Part shown: positions 24,416 to 37,563 of the stretch, one piece after another | Layout of the letters: every line of letters begins with the position of its first letter | Position numbering within the stretch: the stretch's first letter is position 1 | NCBI RefSeq assembly: GCF_006345805.1 | Contig: NC_043023.1 | Coordinates: forward strand, 11,718,001 to 11,782,000 | Length of the DNA: 64,000 nucleotides | Direction of reading: 5' to 3' | From: Octopus sinensis | Taxonomy: Eukaryota | Translations under genes and position numbers: made by a program | Notes under the pieces: generated by a model | The model's input: only the letters and a program-made list of their open reading frames with translations | The model's database searches: none | Told to the model about the DNA's origin: nothing

Positions 24416-26008
24416 TCAAGGATGTGTTTCCTCACCTGTATGGATGAGTTTGTGTTTAATTAAAGTATCATTCAGAGCAAATGATCTACCACAGATATCA
24501 CACTGATATGGTTTCTCACCTGTATGCAGACGTACGTGAGTAGCTAAGCTACCTTTTTCAGTGAATGACTTTCCACAGATATCACACTGATATGGTTTCT
24601 CACCTGTGTGAATGCGTTTGTGTTTAGTTAAGCTACCTTTCTGAGTGAATGATTTACCACAGATATCACAGTGATATGGTTTCTCACCTGTATGCAGACG
24701 TTTGTGAGCAGTTAAGCTACCTTTTTCACTGAATGACTTTCCACAGATATCGCAGTGATATGGTTTCTTACCTGTATGAATGCGTTTGTGAATAGTTAAG
24801 CTACCTTTTTGAGTGAATGATTTACCACAGATATCACACTGATATGGTTTCTCATCTGTATGAATGCGTTTGTGTGTGGTTAATGCATTGTTCAGAGCAA
24901 ATGATTTACCACAGATATCACAGTGATATGGTTCCTCACCTGTATGCAGATGTTTGTGAGTAGTTAAGGAAGCTTTTTGAGAGAATGACATACCACAGAT
25001 ATCACATTGATATGGCTTCTCTCCTGTGTGAATGCGAGTATGTTTAGTTAAGTCATTACTTCCAGGGAATGACTTACCACAGACCTCACAGTGATATGGT
25101 TTCTCATCTGTATGCAGACGTTTGTGAATAGTTAAGCTAACTTTTTGAATGAATGATTTACCACAGATATCACATTGATATGGCTTCTCTCCTGTGTGAA
25201 TGAGTTTGTGTGTGGTTAATGCCTTGTTCAGAGAAAATGATGTACCACAGATATCACAATGATATGGCTTCACACCTGTATGAATACGTGTATGAGTAAT
25301 TAAGCTACCTTTTTCAGTGAATGACTTTTCACAGATATCACAGTGATATGGCTTCTCTCCTGTATGAATACGTTTGTGTTTAGTTAAATTAGTACTTACA
25401 GAGAATGATTTACCACAGATATCACAGTGATATGGTTTCTCACTTGTATGCAGACGTGTATGAGCAGTTAAGCTATTTTTTTGAGAGAATGACTTACCAC
25501 AGATATCACAGTGATATGGTTTCATACCTGAATGAATGCGTTTGTGAATACTTAATACTAAGTTTCGAGCAAATGATCTACCACAGATATCACAGTGATA
25601 TGGTTTCATACCTGAATGAATACGTGTGTGAGTATTTAAGTTACATTTTTGAGAGAATGACTTACCACAGATATCACAGTGATATGGTTTCATACCTGAA
25701 TGAATGCGTTTGTGAATACTTAATACTAAGTTTCAAGCAAATGATCTACCACAGATATCACAGTGATATGGTTTCATACCTGAATGAATACGTGTGTGAG
25801 TATTTAAGTTACATTTTTGAGAGAATGTTTTACCACAGATATCGCAGTGATATGGCTTCTCACCAGTAGAAATGCATTTATGAGTAGTTAGGTTCCCTCT
25901 CTGAGAGAAAGACTTTTTGCAGATATCACAATGGTATGATAATTTTCCTCCTTCTTTCGTCATCTCTTCACGAAGTAAGATATCCTTTACATTTCTCACA
26001 TAACTCAT
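24416..26008 (-). pseudogene. ZNF-B: 18-finger C2H2 gene with an in-frame TGA in finger 3
   Basis: ATG 26008 (MSYVRNVKD); TGA 25735-25733 in the same frame as the downstream 425-aa, 15-finger ORF; ends TGEETHP*; acceptor at 26363-26362. Confidence 0.85.
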
Positions 26009-27749
26009 TGTTCTACAATGTTTCTGATACTACCACAATAAATAAATATTTTTCTTGCGTTTCTTTTTATATATATATGTTTCTGTTAACTTCAGTATCC
26101 GAAGGCCATAAATTTCCTTGTAAATGTATCCATGTTTAATTAGAATGTGAAATGTAAATATTTCAGGCAGTGAGGAAGTGAAATATTGCTATCAATCTCA
26201 GTCCAGAACAAAGTATTTCACAGTTATTGATTCATAGATATATTATATAAACATGTTTATATCTATTATTTATCACATCTTCCTTTAAGTCTTTCAAAGA
26301 TTATTAATATTCTTGATGTATCTCCAGAAGAAATCCGTTCATGCCACAGACGTCTGATATTCTGAAATGATATAGAAACAATATACAATAGAGAAAATAG
26401 TTAAAAAGGAGAGATTCAATAATAGAAATATTAGTATGTTTTCATAAGGATAAACTGTGGAAATAAATTTTTAGCTAAAGGGTTACTTTCCTTTGTTATT
26501 AAAAGAGGATCTATTCCATCAAAAAGTAAAAAAAAATTTCAACTAAACAGTTTGAATCTTCAAATACTGGTAGAAAGAGGTATGTATACATTATCATTTT
26601 CGTAACATAATTTCTGTAGTATTTCAAGATGTTTCTGACACGCACTTTGGTTCACAAGGCGGAGATCCAACATTTCTTCACTTTTTCCGAAATTTCTTCT
26701 CTCTTTCTTTCTTTTTTTTTTTTTGCGAAATACGCACAAAAATACGGAGTTTATGATTCTGTGAGTTCTCGATAATCGTTTAGAACAAGTTGTTTTACAC
26801 CAATTACACTATATTTTTCTTAGTTTAAAGGCCGTGGACTGAAGATGTGAATTATCCGAGTACTCTCCCCCACCCCCCTTTCGCGTGCGCGCATTTTTTT
26901 TTCATCATATTCGTTTAGAGCAAGTTGTTTTACACCTATTACACTATTTTGTTTGTCTTTTTGACCGGGTTTAACGCCTTAGTTTAACCGATGAAAGTTC
27001 TCTGGTAAATTATTTCATGTAAATAGATGTTTATGTTGAATTTGCCGGCAAAATCTTATAAAACGACATTGTTCTAAAAGCACTCGTAAAGGTTTAGTCA
27101 TATTCATTATTCTGCTTGAAGATTGAGTTCGTTAAAAGTTGTGTATTGTTTTATAGTAGAGGCTATCACTAGCCACATGTTTGGTCGACCGTTTGTGTTA
27201 CCAAAGAGGACCACAGTCGTATATACGTTCCGCTTTTAGCACCTGAGAACAATCAAGTCTGCAGCATCATAAAACACAATTTACCGACAGACATTCATAT
27301 AGTCAACAAAATGTCTCGCTCTTTTAACGGACCTGAGCAATAACTGCAATAGCTATAGTAAAACAAATTATTGTACCGGTTATCACTAACCACAAGGTGG
27401 TCGGTTCTTTGTGTGGTTAAACAGAACGACAATCAGAGTACAGTAATCTTTTTGGTTTTTCTATCATTATAAGTGAATTTCTGTTTTCCTATATAACGTA
27501 TAAACAGAGGCATATCTTTCGGGTGCACTTGTCCAGATTTACCCGAATATACACGTAGACAACGATCGCCGATACAAAGCGAAAGGGACCACGCAGAAAC
27601 GGTTTGCGACATTCCCCTGAGTTCACTAATTTATTATCATTTTATGTGACTGCTATAATCAATTAAACTCAATTAATTACGGTATATTTCGTATACATAA
27701 AAAAGCAAGGCATTCGGAGATTTCGACTTAACCGAAATGTATATTAATT

Positions 27750-27900
27750 ACTTACCTGGTGTTTTATATAAATCCGGGTTTAATGTGAAATGTCTTTAAT
27801 TAAGCTTAAGAGACGTTTCAACGGATAATTGAATTGTAAGACGATTGAAAAACCGACACGGTAAACAGCGAAACGAACTAAATTCTGGAGATTGTGTAAG
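27750..27900 (-). promoter_or_regulatory. Candidate non-coding first exon and 5' splice donor of ZNF-B
   Basis: CAG|GTAAGT with exon end at 27756, in a CpG-enriched region (~26850-28100); splicing is inferred. Confidence 0.35.
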
Positions 27901-29906
27901 TTATGTTATCAATCTTTTGTTATTTATAAAATAAATGTTACTAAATTTTTTTCTTTTTAATTACCTCAAAATACACTTAAAAATATAATACAGACTTTTA
28001 AAACCATGGATTGTAAAGGATATCTCGACGAAATTATATTTTATTAATGGGAATTATAAAAAAAGATACGAAACTAGAAATGAAACGAAGCAAACGATGG
28101 ATCGTTATCTGGTCAAAAGATTAATTGGAATAGATTTAAAAATATCTGAATAAATGTTAGGCGAGTTAGGTTAATCCCAAAATTCCACTCGAGCATCTGA
28201 GATATTACATCATTTTTAACATAATGATACCATCTACTGATAGTTTATTATATTGATATTGGCCTGTATTAAATGTTTAGGTATACATATATACGAATGT
28301 ATATATGTTCTATATTCGTATATATGTATACATAGACATATACATGAACATATAACAGCTTGGTTCAGCCGCTGCCTGTGTCTGCCTTGTCTCATGCTTT
28401 CTGCTGCATCCCAGAGTTCCTTGGATGGTGATACTTTTATCTTTATTGATAGACTTTAGAAGGGAGTGCACCAAATGTTGGAGCCTGTTCAACGTGAAGC
28501 TGTGATTGGCCATATTTTATTGATCACATAGGTAATAGTCTTTACAGGTGAAGCCATGATTGCTGAATATTCGCTACATAAATGATGTGAAAGCCTATTA
28601 AGTTGATGTAAATATAGTTTATGGAACAATAACCCATATAAAGTCTAGGTATGCGACTAACATACTGATAAAGCCACCTTCCTTGTTCAGACAATGGGTT
28701 GAGCATTTTAACAATGTTTTAACAATTTATCTACCAAGTCACCGATGACTCCCTGCACTATATTCTAAATATAATATAAGGAGTCGCTAGTGATGCCCCA
28801 TGCTATATTCTTAATATACCATGGGAGTCACCAGGAGTTTCAATGCGGATTTCTTTCTTTTATATATATGGAGTCTTTGGCGTGGCTGTGTGGTAAGAAG
28901 TTTGCTTCAGAACCTCATGGGTCGAGGTTCAGTCCTACTAAGTGGTACCTTGGGAAACTGTCTTCTACTATAGCCCAAGGCTATGGTGGAAGCTATAAGA
29001 TGTCCAATGTATGTATGTATGTGTGTGTGTACATGTGTGTGTGTGCTAGTGTGTGGTCTGTTTGTGTTTGTTTCCCATCACTGCTTGACACTAGGTGTTG
29101 GTTTGCTAACATCAGCATGGCTTAGCAGTTTGGCAACAATGGCCAATAGAATTAGGGGCCTGGTATGAAAATAAGTACCGGGATTGCTTCATTCAAATAC
29201 ATCCCCTTAAGGTGGTGCCCCAGCATAGCTGCAGTCCATGAAAAAGGACCAGAACCTCACATTACTAGGGTTCAATTTCAAATCTCTTTAATACCGAAAC
29301 TGTTAAAGTGAAACTATTATCTCACATATATATAGGCATACATATATATATATATATAATATATATGTATGTATACATCTGCACAAATGTATATACATAC
29401 AGATGTATATGTATACATGTATACATATAGCTGTATATGTATACATATACACATGTACATGTAATATGTACACATATATACATGCATATATATATGCACC
29501 CATACATACATAAATGCAGATGTGGCTGTGTGGTAACAAACTTGGTTCCAAAACACATGGTCCTGAGTTCAGTCTCACTGTGTGGTGACTTGGCATGTGT
29601 CTTCTGCTATATCCTCAGACCAACCAAATAAATCAATCGTATATATAGGTGTAAATTTGTATGTGTCTTTGTCTCTATGTCTCACCTTCGTCACTGCTGT
29701 TCGTTTATTTACATCCCCAAAACTGATAGGATAAACACCAGGCTTATCAACATAAAAAAAAGCACTAGGCTGTGTCTCATATATTTCTTTGCCCACTCAG
29801 TTGTATCTATCAATTTATCAGTGAGTGTGTGTATAGATATATATATATAGAATACACACAAACACACATGTATATATATACATGTACGTATGTGTGCACA
29901 TTCATA

Positions 29907-31561
29907 TCTATTATATCAAAGTCAGTGTCTTTATGTGTTTGTGTGTTACCTATACATTCGAAAACTGCTGCACAGATCCTAATGAAATTTGGAACATAAA
30001 ATCCAAGCCTAGGGAGAAGGGTAATACTGTGTGTTTCAAACAATTTCATGGACCAAAATTACTGAATGGATCCTTATGAGATTTGGAACTTAGATTCAAT
30101 GCATAAGGGTGGGTATAATGCAATATGTCTGGTTTAAAGTTTAGATGGCTTAAAGGGGGCAGAACCCCCATGAAAATTCATACATTTTTGATGTTCATGA
30201 AAATTCAACCATGGGTAATCGACAGGCATCAAAAAGTATTCTCAAAGTTTCCACTTCTCACGAGGATTCTAAGACACCCTAATGAGGGATTTAACTCCCA
30301 AATTTTAGTCATTTCTTTTATGATCCAAAACTAGGTTAAAAGTACTGAAGGGATCTTTACGAAATTTGGAAATTATATTCTATGCATAAGGGCCATAACC
30401 ACCATGACAATTCATATATTTTGCCGTTGATGAAATTTTAACCATACATATTAGACACAAATGAAGTAATATTTATAAAATTTCATCTTCTTAGAAGTTA
30501 AAAAGACCTCTTTATGGGGACTTAACACCCACAATTTACTCATTTTATCTAAGCAAAGATGAATACAGTTGTACTCTTGGAAGCTGTAGGGTCACCCAAG
30601 CATAAAAAAATGAGCATTATTTGTAATTCAATGGTACAACAGTGTAAGACTTTGCTTTGAGATATACTTAGATTGTGATTTCTACAATGTGGTGCATGAA
30701 TTGTCAAGTAAATGAGAGTCATCTTTGCCTCCACTGATTCAATTGCAAAGTGTTGAGTAAAGTTATTTGGTTGCAGACCTCCTTTCATTCTTTTTATTAT
30801 CACTGGGTCACACATAGTCCCCAGATGGTAACATTGATTTCAAGGCCTTCCCAGATGAGTGACTGGTTATTCAAAGACATTTGTAGATTGTAAATTTATT
30901 CTTCCCAGTTACGTGTGTGTATAGTGGTCATTTGCAAACTCCAGACGTGACACTTTCATTTCTCCTTCACCCTCACGTCACACAGTTGTTAATTTTTATT
31001 TCTGTTGGGTCACACCCGAACAATTCCTATAGATACATAATGCATCATACAACTGTTCCTGTCACCTGGATGGTGAGGAATCCTACATTGGGAGTGGTAA
31101 TGACTTGGGTACAGTAGTTGACTGCTTATTATGATCATTCGTCTTTTGGTTTCCTGTAGCTTTGCTCTCTTTTACAAACCCAGTGAACATACATATATTT
31201 CCTATTTCAAAGAAATTCAAACAATAGATATAAGACCCAAGATAAAAAACATTCTCAAGAATTCAACTTCTCTGCCTGACATTAAAACACCCACCCCCAA
31301 TAGGGGCCGTAACTCACAAATTTTAAAGCTCCATGACCTCCATTTTTCCGGAACAAAATCCTTTTAACAGGTTCCATAAGACTGGAATTTTGGAATCTGT
31401 GCATGAAAATCAGTAGTATGGGATACATGTGTCATGATTACAATTTTTGAAAATTTGATGAAATTCGAATCATAGGTATTCCAGTTCATTACAGAAAATA
31501 TAACAGAAAAGTCTAATTCTTCAATTGCATGTAACACGGGCAACGCAGGGTATCTCTGCTA

Positions 31562-31562
<1 letters not shown>
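29907..31562 (+). mobile_element. Non-autonomous Helitron, 1.65 kb
   Basis: A29906|TCTATTATATCAAAGTCAGTGTC ... imperfect hairpin CACGGGCAACGCAGGG ... CTAG|T31563. Confidence 0.65.
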
Positions 31563-31599
<37 letters not shown>

Positions 31600-32049
31600 T
31601 TTGGGTATTATTAATAAGTTAGAAAATGGCGACATCTATTGGATATAAATTATTTTATGAATTATTTAATATCATCACCTACAATTGTTTCATTTCATAG
31701 CCAAAATTAAAATTACAAAACATTTTTTAATTCAATAATTATAATAATAATCATGAATAATGATTTACAACATGTAAGAGTAAGATTATATAATGAACCA
31801 GCAGAGGCACCCAGCATTGACTGGCAATGAAATTTTTCCTCACATATTGGAAGAAATAAAGCAAAATATGTTGCAAAGAAATTTGTTACTGTAATTTCAG
31901 TTTATTCTTCAATTGGGATATAATTTATTCTTTAATTGGGAATTCAATTCTGAATTCATAAGAAAATAACAATAATAATAATAATAAAACAAAATACAAA
32001 ATTTATCACTTTTATGAAAGGAGTGAAATTCTATGACATATGTTGAAGG

Positions 32050-32475
32050 AAATTATCTAAGAGCTTCTGGGTAAATAAGTCTTGCAAATTACCTGCCCTG
32101 GAGCAAGCAACAAAGTTGACCATGAGAAAGGCAAACCAGTAGATTTCAAAGACTGACCTTGACCTTTATGAACGGACAGTGCAAAGTGAAGTAGTACTGG
32201 GAATTGTTCGTTGGAACTGAAAGGGCATGTCTGTTGGTTTGGTTGTAATTCTTGGAGTGAAAACCTCTTCCCCAGAGGCACATCCAGTGATGATGGTAGC
32301 TTCTGTTACATTAGGTGATAATGTCTTCACAATAAACCTTGTCCCATCGCATAATTTAGGAGGATCTAAATTTCTTGGAAGCATTATTGGGACTCCTATC
32401 TTCGGAAAAAGTTTCTGTGGTGGAATTCCAGGTGGCTCCAGAGAATTAATGAACTCTGTTGGGTAATGGACAGCT
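32050..32475 (-). mobile_element. Helitron Pif1-like helicase C-terminal fragment in the ZNF-C 3' UTR
   Basis: [61 protein letters not shown], then frameshifted QFPV..FALSVHKGQGQSL (helicase motifs V-VI region). Confidence 0.9.
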
Positions 32476-32501
32476 TGGAGATGAAAATGATGATGATGAT
32501 G

Positions 32502-34340
32502 TCAAGGATGTGTTTCCTCTCCTGTATGGATGAGTTTGTGTTTAATTAAAGTATCATTCAGAGCAAATGATTTACCACAGATATCACACTGATATGGTTT
32601 CTCACCTGTATGCAAACGTACGTGAGTAGCTAAGTTACCTTTCTGAGTGAATGACTTACCACAGATATCACATTGATATGTTGTCTCACCTGTATGCAGA
32701 CGTTTGTGAGTAGCTAAATTTATTTTTTTAGAGAATGATTTATCACAAATATCACAGCGATATGGCTTCTCTCCTGTGTGAATGCGTTTGTGTGTGGTTC
32801 CTGTATGTATACGTTTGTGCTTTGCCAAATTATCTCTGCTAGACAATGATTTACCACATATATCACGATGATGGGGTTTCTCTCCTGTATGAAGATTTTG
32901 TGTCGAATTAAATAATTTACAAATGTCACAGTGATATGGTTTTTCCCCAGTATGAATACGCTTGTGAGTAATCAAGGTATCATTTGTAGTGAACGATCCA
33001 CCACAGATATCACACTGATATGGTTTCTCACCTGTATGAATACGCTTGTGAGTAGTTAAATTTCCTTTTTCAGAAAATGATTTGCCACAGGTATCACACT
33101 GATACGGTTTCTCACCTGTATGAATATATTTGTGCTTTGTCAAGTCACTACTTACACGGAATGACTTGCCACAGATATCACAGTGATATGGCTTCTCTCC
33201 TGTGTGAATACGTATGTGTTTTGCCAAACTATCTCTACTACACAATGATTTACCACAGATATCACAATGACAGGGTTTCTCTCCTGTGTGAACACGTTCA
33301 TGTTGAATTAAATTACTTCTCTGAGAGAATGTTTTACCACAAATGGCACAGTGACATGGTTTTTCTCCAGTATGAATATGCCTGTGAGCAATCAAGGTAC
33401 CATTAGCAGTGAACGATTTATCACAGATATCACAGTGAAATAGTTTCTCCTTTGTATGAATAGTTAAATTTCCTTTTTGTGAGAATGATTTCCCACAGAT
33501 ATCAGAATGATATGGTTTCTCACCTGTATGAATGTATTTGTGCTTTGTCAAGAGACTACTTCTAGAGAATGACTTACCACAGATATCACAGAAATATGGC
33601 TTCTCTCCTGTGTGAATACGTTTGTGATTTGCCAAATTATCTCTGGTAGACAATGATTGACCACATATATCACAATGATAGGGTTTCTCTCCTGTGTGAA
33701 CACGTTCGTGTTGAATTAAATTACTTGTATGCGAAAATCTATTACCACAAATATAACAGTGATACGGTTTTTCTCCAGTATGAACACGCCTGTGAGCAAT
33801 CAAGAGACCATTAGTAGTGAACGATTTATCACAGATATCACAGGGATATGGTTTATCCCCTGTATGAATACCTGTGTGGGTAATTAAACTACCTTTTTGA
33901 GAAAATGACTTTCCACAGACATCACAGTGATACGGTTTCTCACCTGTATGAGAGTATTTATGTTTAGTCAAGCTACTTTTTACACTGAATGACTTACCAC
34001 ATATATCACAGCAGTATGGTTTCTCACCTGTGTGAATGCGTTTATGAGTTATTAAGACACTAATTACTGCAAATGACTTCCCACAGATATCACAGTGATA
34101 TGGTCTCTCACCTGTATGAATATGTTTGTGAGTAGTTAAGTTACTTTTTTGAGAGAATGATTTACCACAGATATCACAGTAATATGGTTTCTCTCCAGTA
34201 GAAATGCATTTATGAGTAGTTAGGTTCCCTCTCCGAGAGAAAGACTTTTTGCAGATATCACAACTGTACGATAATTTTTCTCCTTCTTTCGTCATCTCTT
34301 CAAGAAATAAGCCATCCTTTACATTTCTCCCATAACTCAT
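32502..34340 (-). CDS. ZNF-C: tandem C2H2 zinc-finger protein, 612 aa, ~20 fingers (several degenerate), single coding exon
   Basis: Uninterrupted ORF from ATG (MSYGRNVKD) to TGEETHP*; TGEKPY linkers; acceptor tttcAG at 34645-34644. Confidence 0.9.
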   Translation of the reverse strand: MSYGRNVKDGLFLEEMTKEGEKLSYSCDICKKSFSRRGNLTTHKCISTGEKPYYCDICGKSFSQKSNLTTHKHIHTGERPYHCDICGKSFAVISVLITHKRIHTGEKPYCCDICGKSFSVKSSLTKHKYSHTGEKPYHCDVCGKSFSQKGSLITHTGIHTGDKPYPCDICDKSFTTNGLLIAHRRVHTGEKPYHCYICGNRFSHTSNLIQHERVHTGEKPYHCDICGQSLSTRDNLANHKRIHTGEKPYFCDICGKSFSRSSLLTKHKYIHTGEKPYHSDICGKSFSQKGNLTIHTKEKLFHCDICDKSFTANGTLIAHRHIHTGEKPCHCAICGKTFSQRSNLIQHERVHTGEKPCHCDICGKSLCSRDSLAKHIRIHTGEKPYHCDICGKSFRVSSDLTKHKYIHTGEKPYQCDTCGKSFSEKGNLTTHKRIHTGEKPYQCDICGGSFTTNDTLITHKRIHTGEKPYHCDICKLFNSTQNLHTGEKPHHRDICGKSLSSRDNLAKHKRIHTGTTHKRIHTGEKPYRCDICDKSFSKKINLATHKRLHTGETTYQCDICGKSFTQKGNLATHVRLHTGEKPYQCDICGKSFALNDTLIKHKLIHTGEETHP

Positions 34341-34898
34341 TGTTCTATAATGTTTCTGATACTACCACAATAAATAAATATTTTTCTTGTTTTTTTATAT
34401 ATTTCTATTGATTTTGACAGTATCTGAAGATTACAGATTTCCTTGTAATTAGATGTTTAATTAGAATGCGAAATACTTGTGTAAATATTCCAGGCAGTGA
34501 GGAAGAGAAATATTGCTATCAATCTCAGTTCAGAACAAAGTATTTCACAGTTATTGATTCATAGATATATTATATTCTAAGTTTATTAACATTCTTGATG
34601 TATCTCTAGTAAAAATCCATCCATGCCACAGACGTCTGATGTTCTGAAATGATGTAAAAACAATATAAAATTCAGAAAATTAAAAAGGCGAGATTCAGTA
34701 ATAGGAATGTCTAGTATAGGAGTTATTTCTTATTTTGTCATTAAAATTATATTCTACAACCCTAAATAATGTCTACACATTCACAGACTTCAGATGTTAT
34801 CTAACATTTTAAACTACACAATCATCATCATTTCGTCATTTAATGGCTGTTTTCTATGCTGGCATAGGTTGGACTGCTTGAGAAGAACTGGCTTTGTG

Positions 34899-35276
34899 AT
34901 ACTCTTTTACTTGTTTCAGTCATTCAATCTGGAGTACTGCCTTTTAGTTGAGCAAATTGACCCCAGGACTTATTCTCTGTAAACTTAATACTTATTCTAT
35001 CGGTGTCTTTTGCCAAACCGCTAATTTACGGGGACATAAACACACCATCATCGGTTGTCAAGCGATGTTGGGGCGACAAACACAGACACAACCATAAATA
35101 TACATACATACATACATATATATATATATACAACGGGCTTGTTACAGTTTCCGTCTACCAAATCCACTCACAAGGCTATAGTAGAAGACACTTGCCAAAG
35201 GTGCCATGCAGTGGGACTGAACCCGGAACCATGTGGTTGGTAAGCAAGCTACTTACCATACAGCCACTCCTACGCC
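34899..35276 (-). mobile_element. SINE family A, near full length
   Basis: Reverse complement of the 36075-36459 copy. Confidence 0.85.
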
Positions 35277-36074
35277 TACTATCTTTAGAAACATAATTAG
35301 TCACTTTGGTTCAGCCCTATGCATGTCCTGACAGTAAGTCTATGACCAATGGCATTCCAGACATGACCATCCCAAAGTTTGCCTCAGCTATTGTGCAACC
35401 AGAACTATATTACTTTTGAAGCTAATTCGTAATTTTCAAAATCAAAACCAGCAGTTTCAGGCAAACATTCAGAGAAAACACTTTTACTGTAGGCCAACCT
35501 CCGAGATGTACCGACTGTTTAGCCCAAGGTCAGCCCTGACAGAGTATTCCTGATATGACCATCTCAGCTTTCCTTCTGTCCTAGCATATCTATGACTACA
35601 TTATCCTCCAGCAGAATTCTGTTTTCAGCATCAGACAATGGAATTTGAAGTGAACTCAACTGCTATTTCTAGCATGTGTATGGACCACATAGACACCCTC
35701 TCAGTGAATTACTTTTGTTTAACCCTAGGTCAGCTTTGCCTGAGCAATCCTACTACTCAAAGAAGGGTACTTTGAACATTAACGGTGCTAAATTGCTACC
35801 TCTTATCTTTTAGTTGTTTCAGCAATTAGACTGTGGTCATGCTGGGGCAACGCCATGCAGTGGAACCGAACAGGGTACCATGTGGTTGAGAATCACACTT
35901 CACGGCCACACCTACATCTTAATGTGGAGGAGCAGAGTAATTTAATAGTAAATTCCAGGTAAAAATTGAAGCAATATTAACTATTTATCCAACACATAAT
36001 TCATATCTGATATTCTAAAATGGCTAAAATTATTAATGTATATTATTAATTTTGTGAATTTTAGAAACTTTTGG

Positions 36075-36459
36075 TGGTGGCTGTGTGGTAAGTAGCTTGC
36101 CTACCAACCACATGGTTCTGGGTTCAGTCCCACTGCGTGGCATCTTGGGCAAGTGTCTTCTGCTATAGCCTCGGTCCGACTAATGCCTTGTGAGTGGATT
36201 TGGTAGACGGAAACTGAAAGAAGCCTGTCGTATATATGTATATATATGTTTGTGTGTCTGTGTTTGTCCCCCTAGCATTGCTTGACAACCGATGCTGGTG
36301 TGTTTACGTCCCCGTCACTTAGCGGTTCGGCAAAAGAGACCGATAGAATAAGTACTGGGCTTACAAAGAATAAGTCCCGGGGTCGATTTGCTCAACTAAA
36401 GGCGGTGCTCCAGCATGGCCGCAGTCAAATGACTGAAACAAGTAAAAGAGTAAAGAGTA
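36075..36459 (+). mobile_element. SINE family A, full length
   Basis: tRNA-like head (A-box GGCTGTGTGG, B-box GGTTCAGTCCC), internal (TA)/(TG), tail aaacaagtaaaagag. Confidence 0.9.
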
Positions 36460-37084
36460 TACTATAAAATACCTCATAACTTTATTTTTTGGTATTTTCA
36501 GAAAGTATGTGTTCTACATAAGTAAAATAATACAATTATGCGAATAATAATGCATGTGTGTGTGTGTGATTTAAAGGTGATTTAGTTGTTTTTTGCACAT
36601 CTCACGACCATCTGATACCTTCCTCATTTCTTTGTCACTCTGACATGTACTGAATGTTTTTCAATATATTTCTCCCTATAAACATATTTAATGGAATGGT
36701 GATGCAGCCGAGAGTGGTCCAATGCTAGAATTAAAAAGATTCGGAAAAGAGTGGTGTAAACATTTTTTTTTCATTTCTTCTCAGAATTTCATGAATTTTC
36801 GTGTGTAAAACGTAACTTCGCAAAGAACTTCCTGAAAATTCCAAAAAATAAAGTTATGTGGGATTATATTTTATTTTATTTTATTTTATCTAGTTTCAGC
36901 TCACGAGCAGTGGCCATGCTGGGGCACCGCCATTGGGGATGTTTAAACGAGAATTTCGCTGGATTATGAATTTGTTCATGGAATGTGTTTTACTGTAGTT
37001 TTATTAGTTATTGCTGGTGTCCGCTAAAAGAGCGACTCGTTTTGTGAGCCAAATGAACCATTGTCGGTTATTTGTGCTTTAGAA

Positions 37085-37300
37085 ATAATAATAATAATAA
37101 TGAAATTATTGTATACAGTGCTCAGGTGCACCACAACTTGTCAGAAAGTGCATATAAAGTACATGCTGTAATGTCTGGAAAGTGAACAGTGTATGAGTCA
37201 GATACATGCTTGTATGTGTATGGAGGGGAGAAAATCAAGTGTAGTGTTGGCGAATCTCAGGAAGCATGGAAGTTTTGAAGGATGCAGTGCTCCGATGTTG
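37085..37300 (-). mobile_element. Probable LINE 3' end fragment with (ATT)n tail
   Basis: Minus strand ends gtggtgcacctgagcactgtatacaataatttcattattattatt; clade not established. Confidence 0.4.
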
Positions 37301-37307
37301 AAGACTG

Positions 37308-37487
37308 GGTACTACTTAAGAAGAGTGGTCCCGGTGCATGTGCTCGCGCTTCCGTGCTAGGTAGTCATGACTAGTCGATCCTTACTTTGTGTTTTATTCA
37401 CTTTGCTGGGTAGTCATTGTTGGATCGATAAGTCATGACTAGCTTGCGCGAGTGCGTGCACTGGGACCACTCTTCTTAAGTAGTACC
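37308..37487. mobile_element. Merlin-like MITE
   Basis: TIR GGTACTACTTAAGAAGAGTGGTCCC; perfect 8-bp TSD gaagactg. Confidence 0.8.
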
Positions 37488-37563
37488 GAAGACTGTTGGT
37501 TATTTTCAGGTGCTATACATGCAACATATCTACAAATGTAGTGTCCTCTATGGCAACACAAAT

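Noticed and set aside
29907-34660. ZNF-C captured and mobilised inside a Helitron
   Set aside because: No minus-strand hairpin-CTAG end or upstream TC start enclosing the gene was found; the nearby complete Helitron is on the opposite strand and excludes the gene
36075-36150. tRNA genes at SINE heads (also 6433, 14826, 45081, 63838)
   Set aside because: A/B-box-like motifs are present but no complete cloverleaf was seen, and each continues into a SINE body
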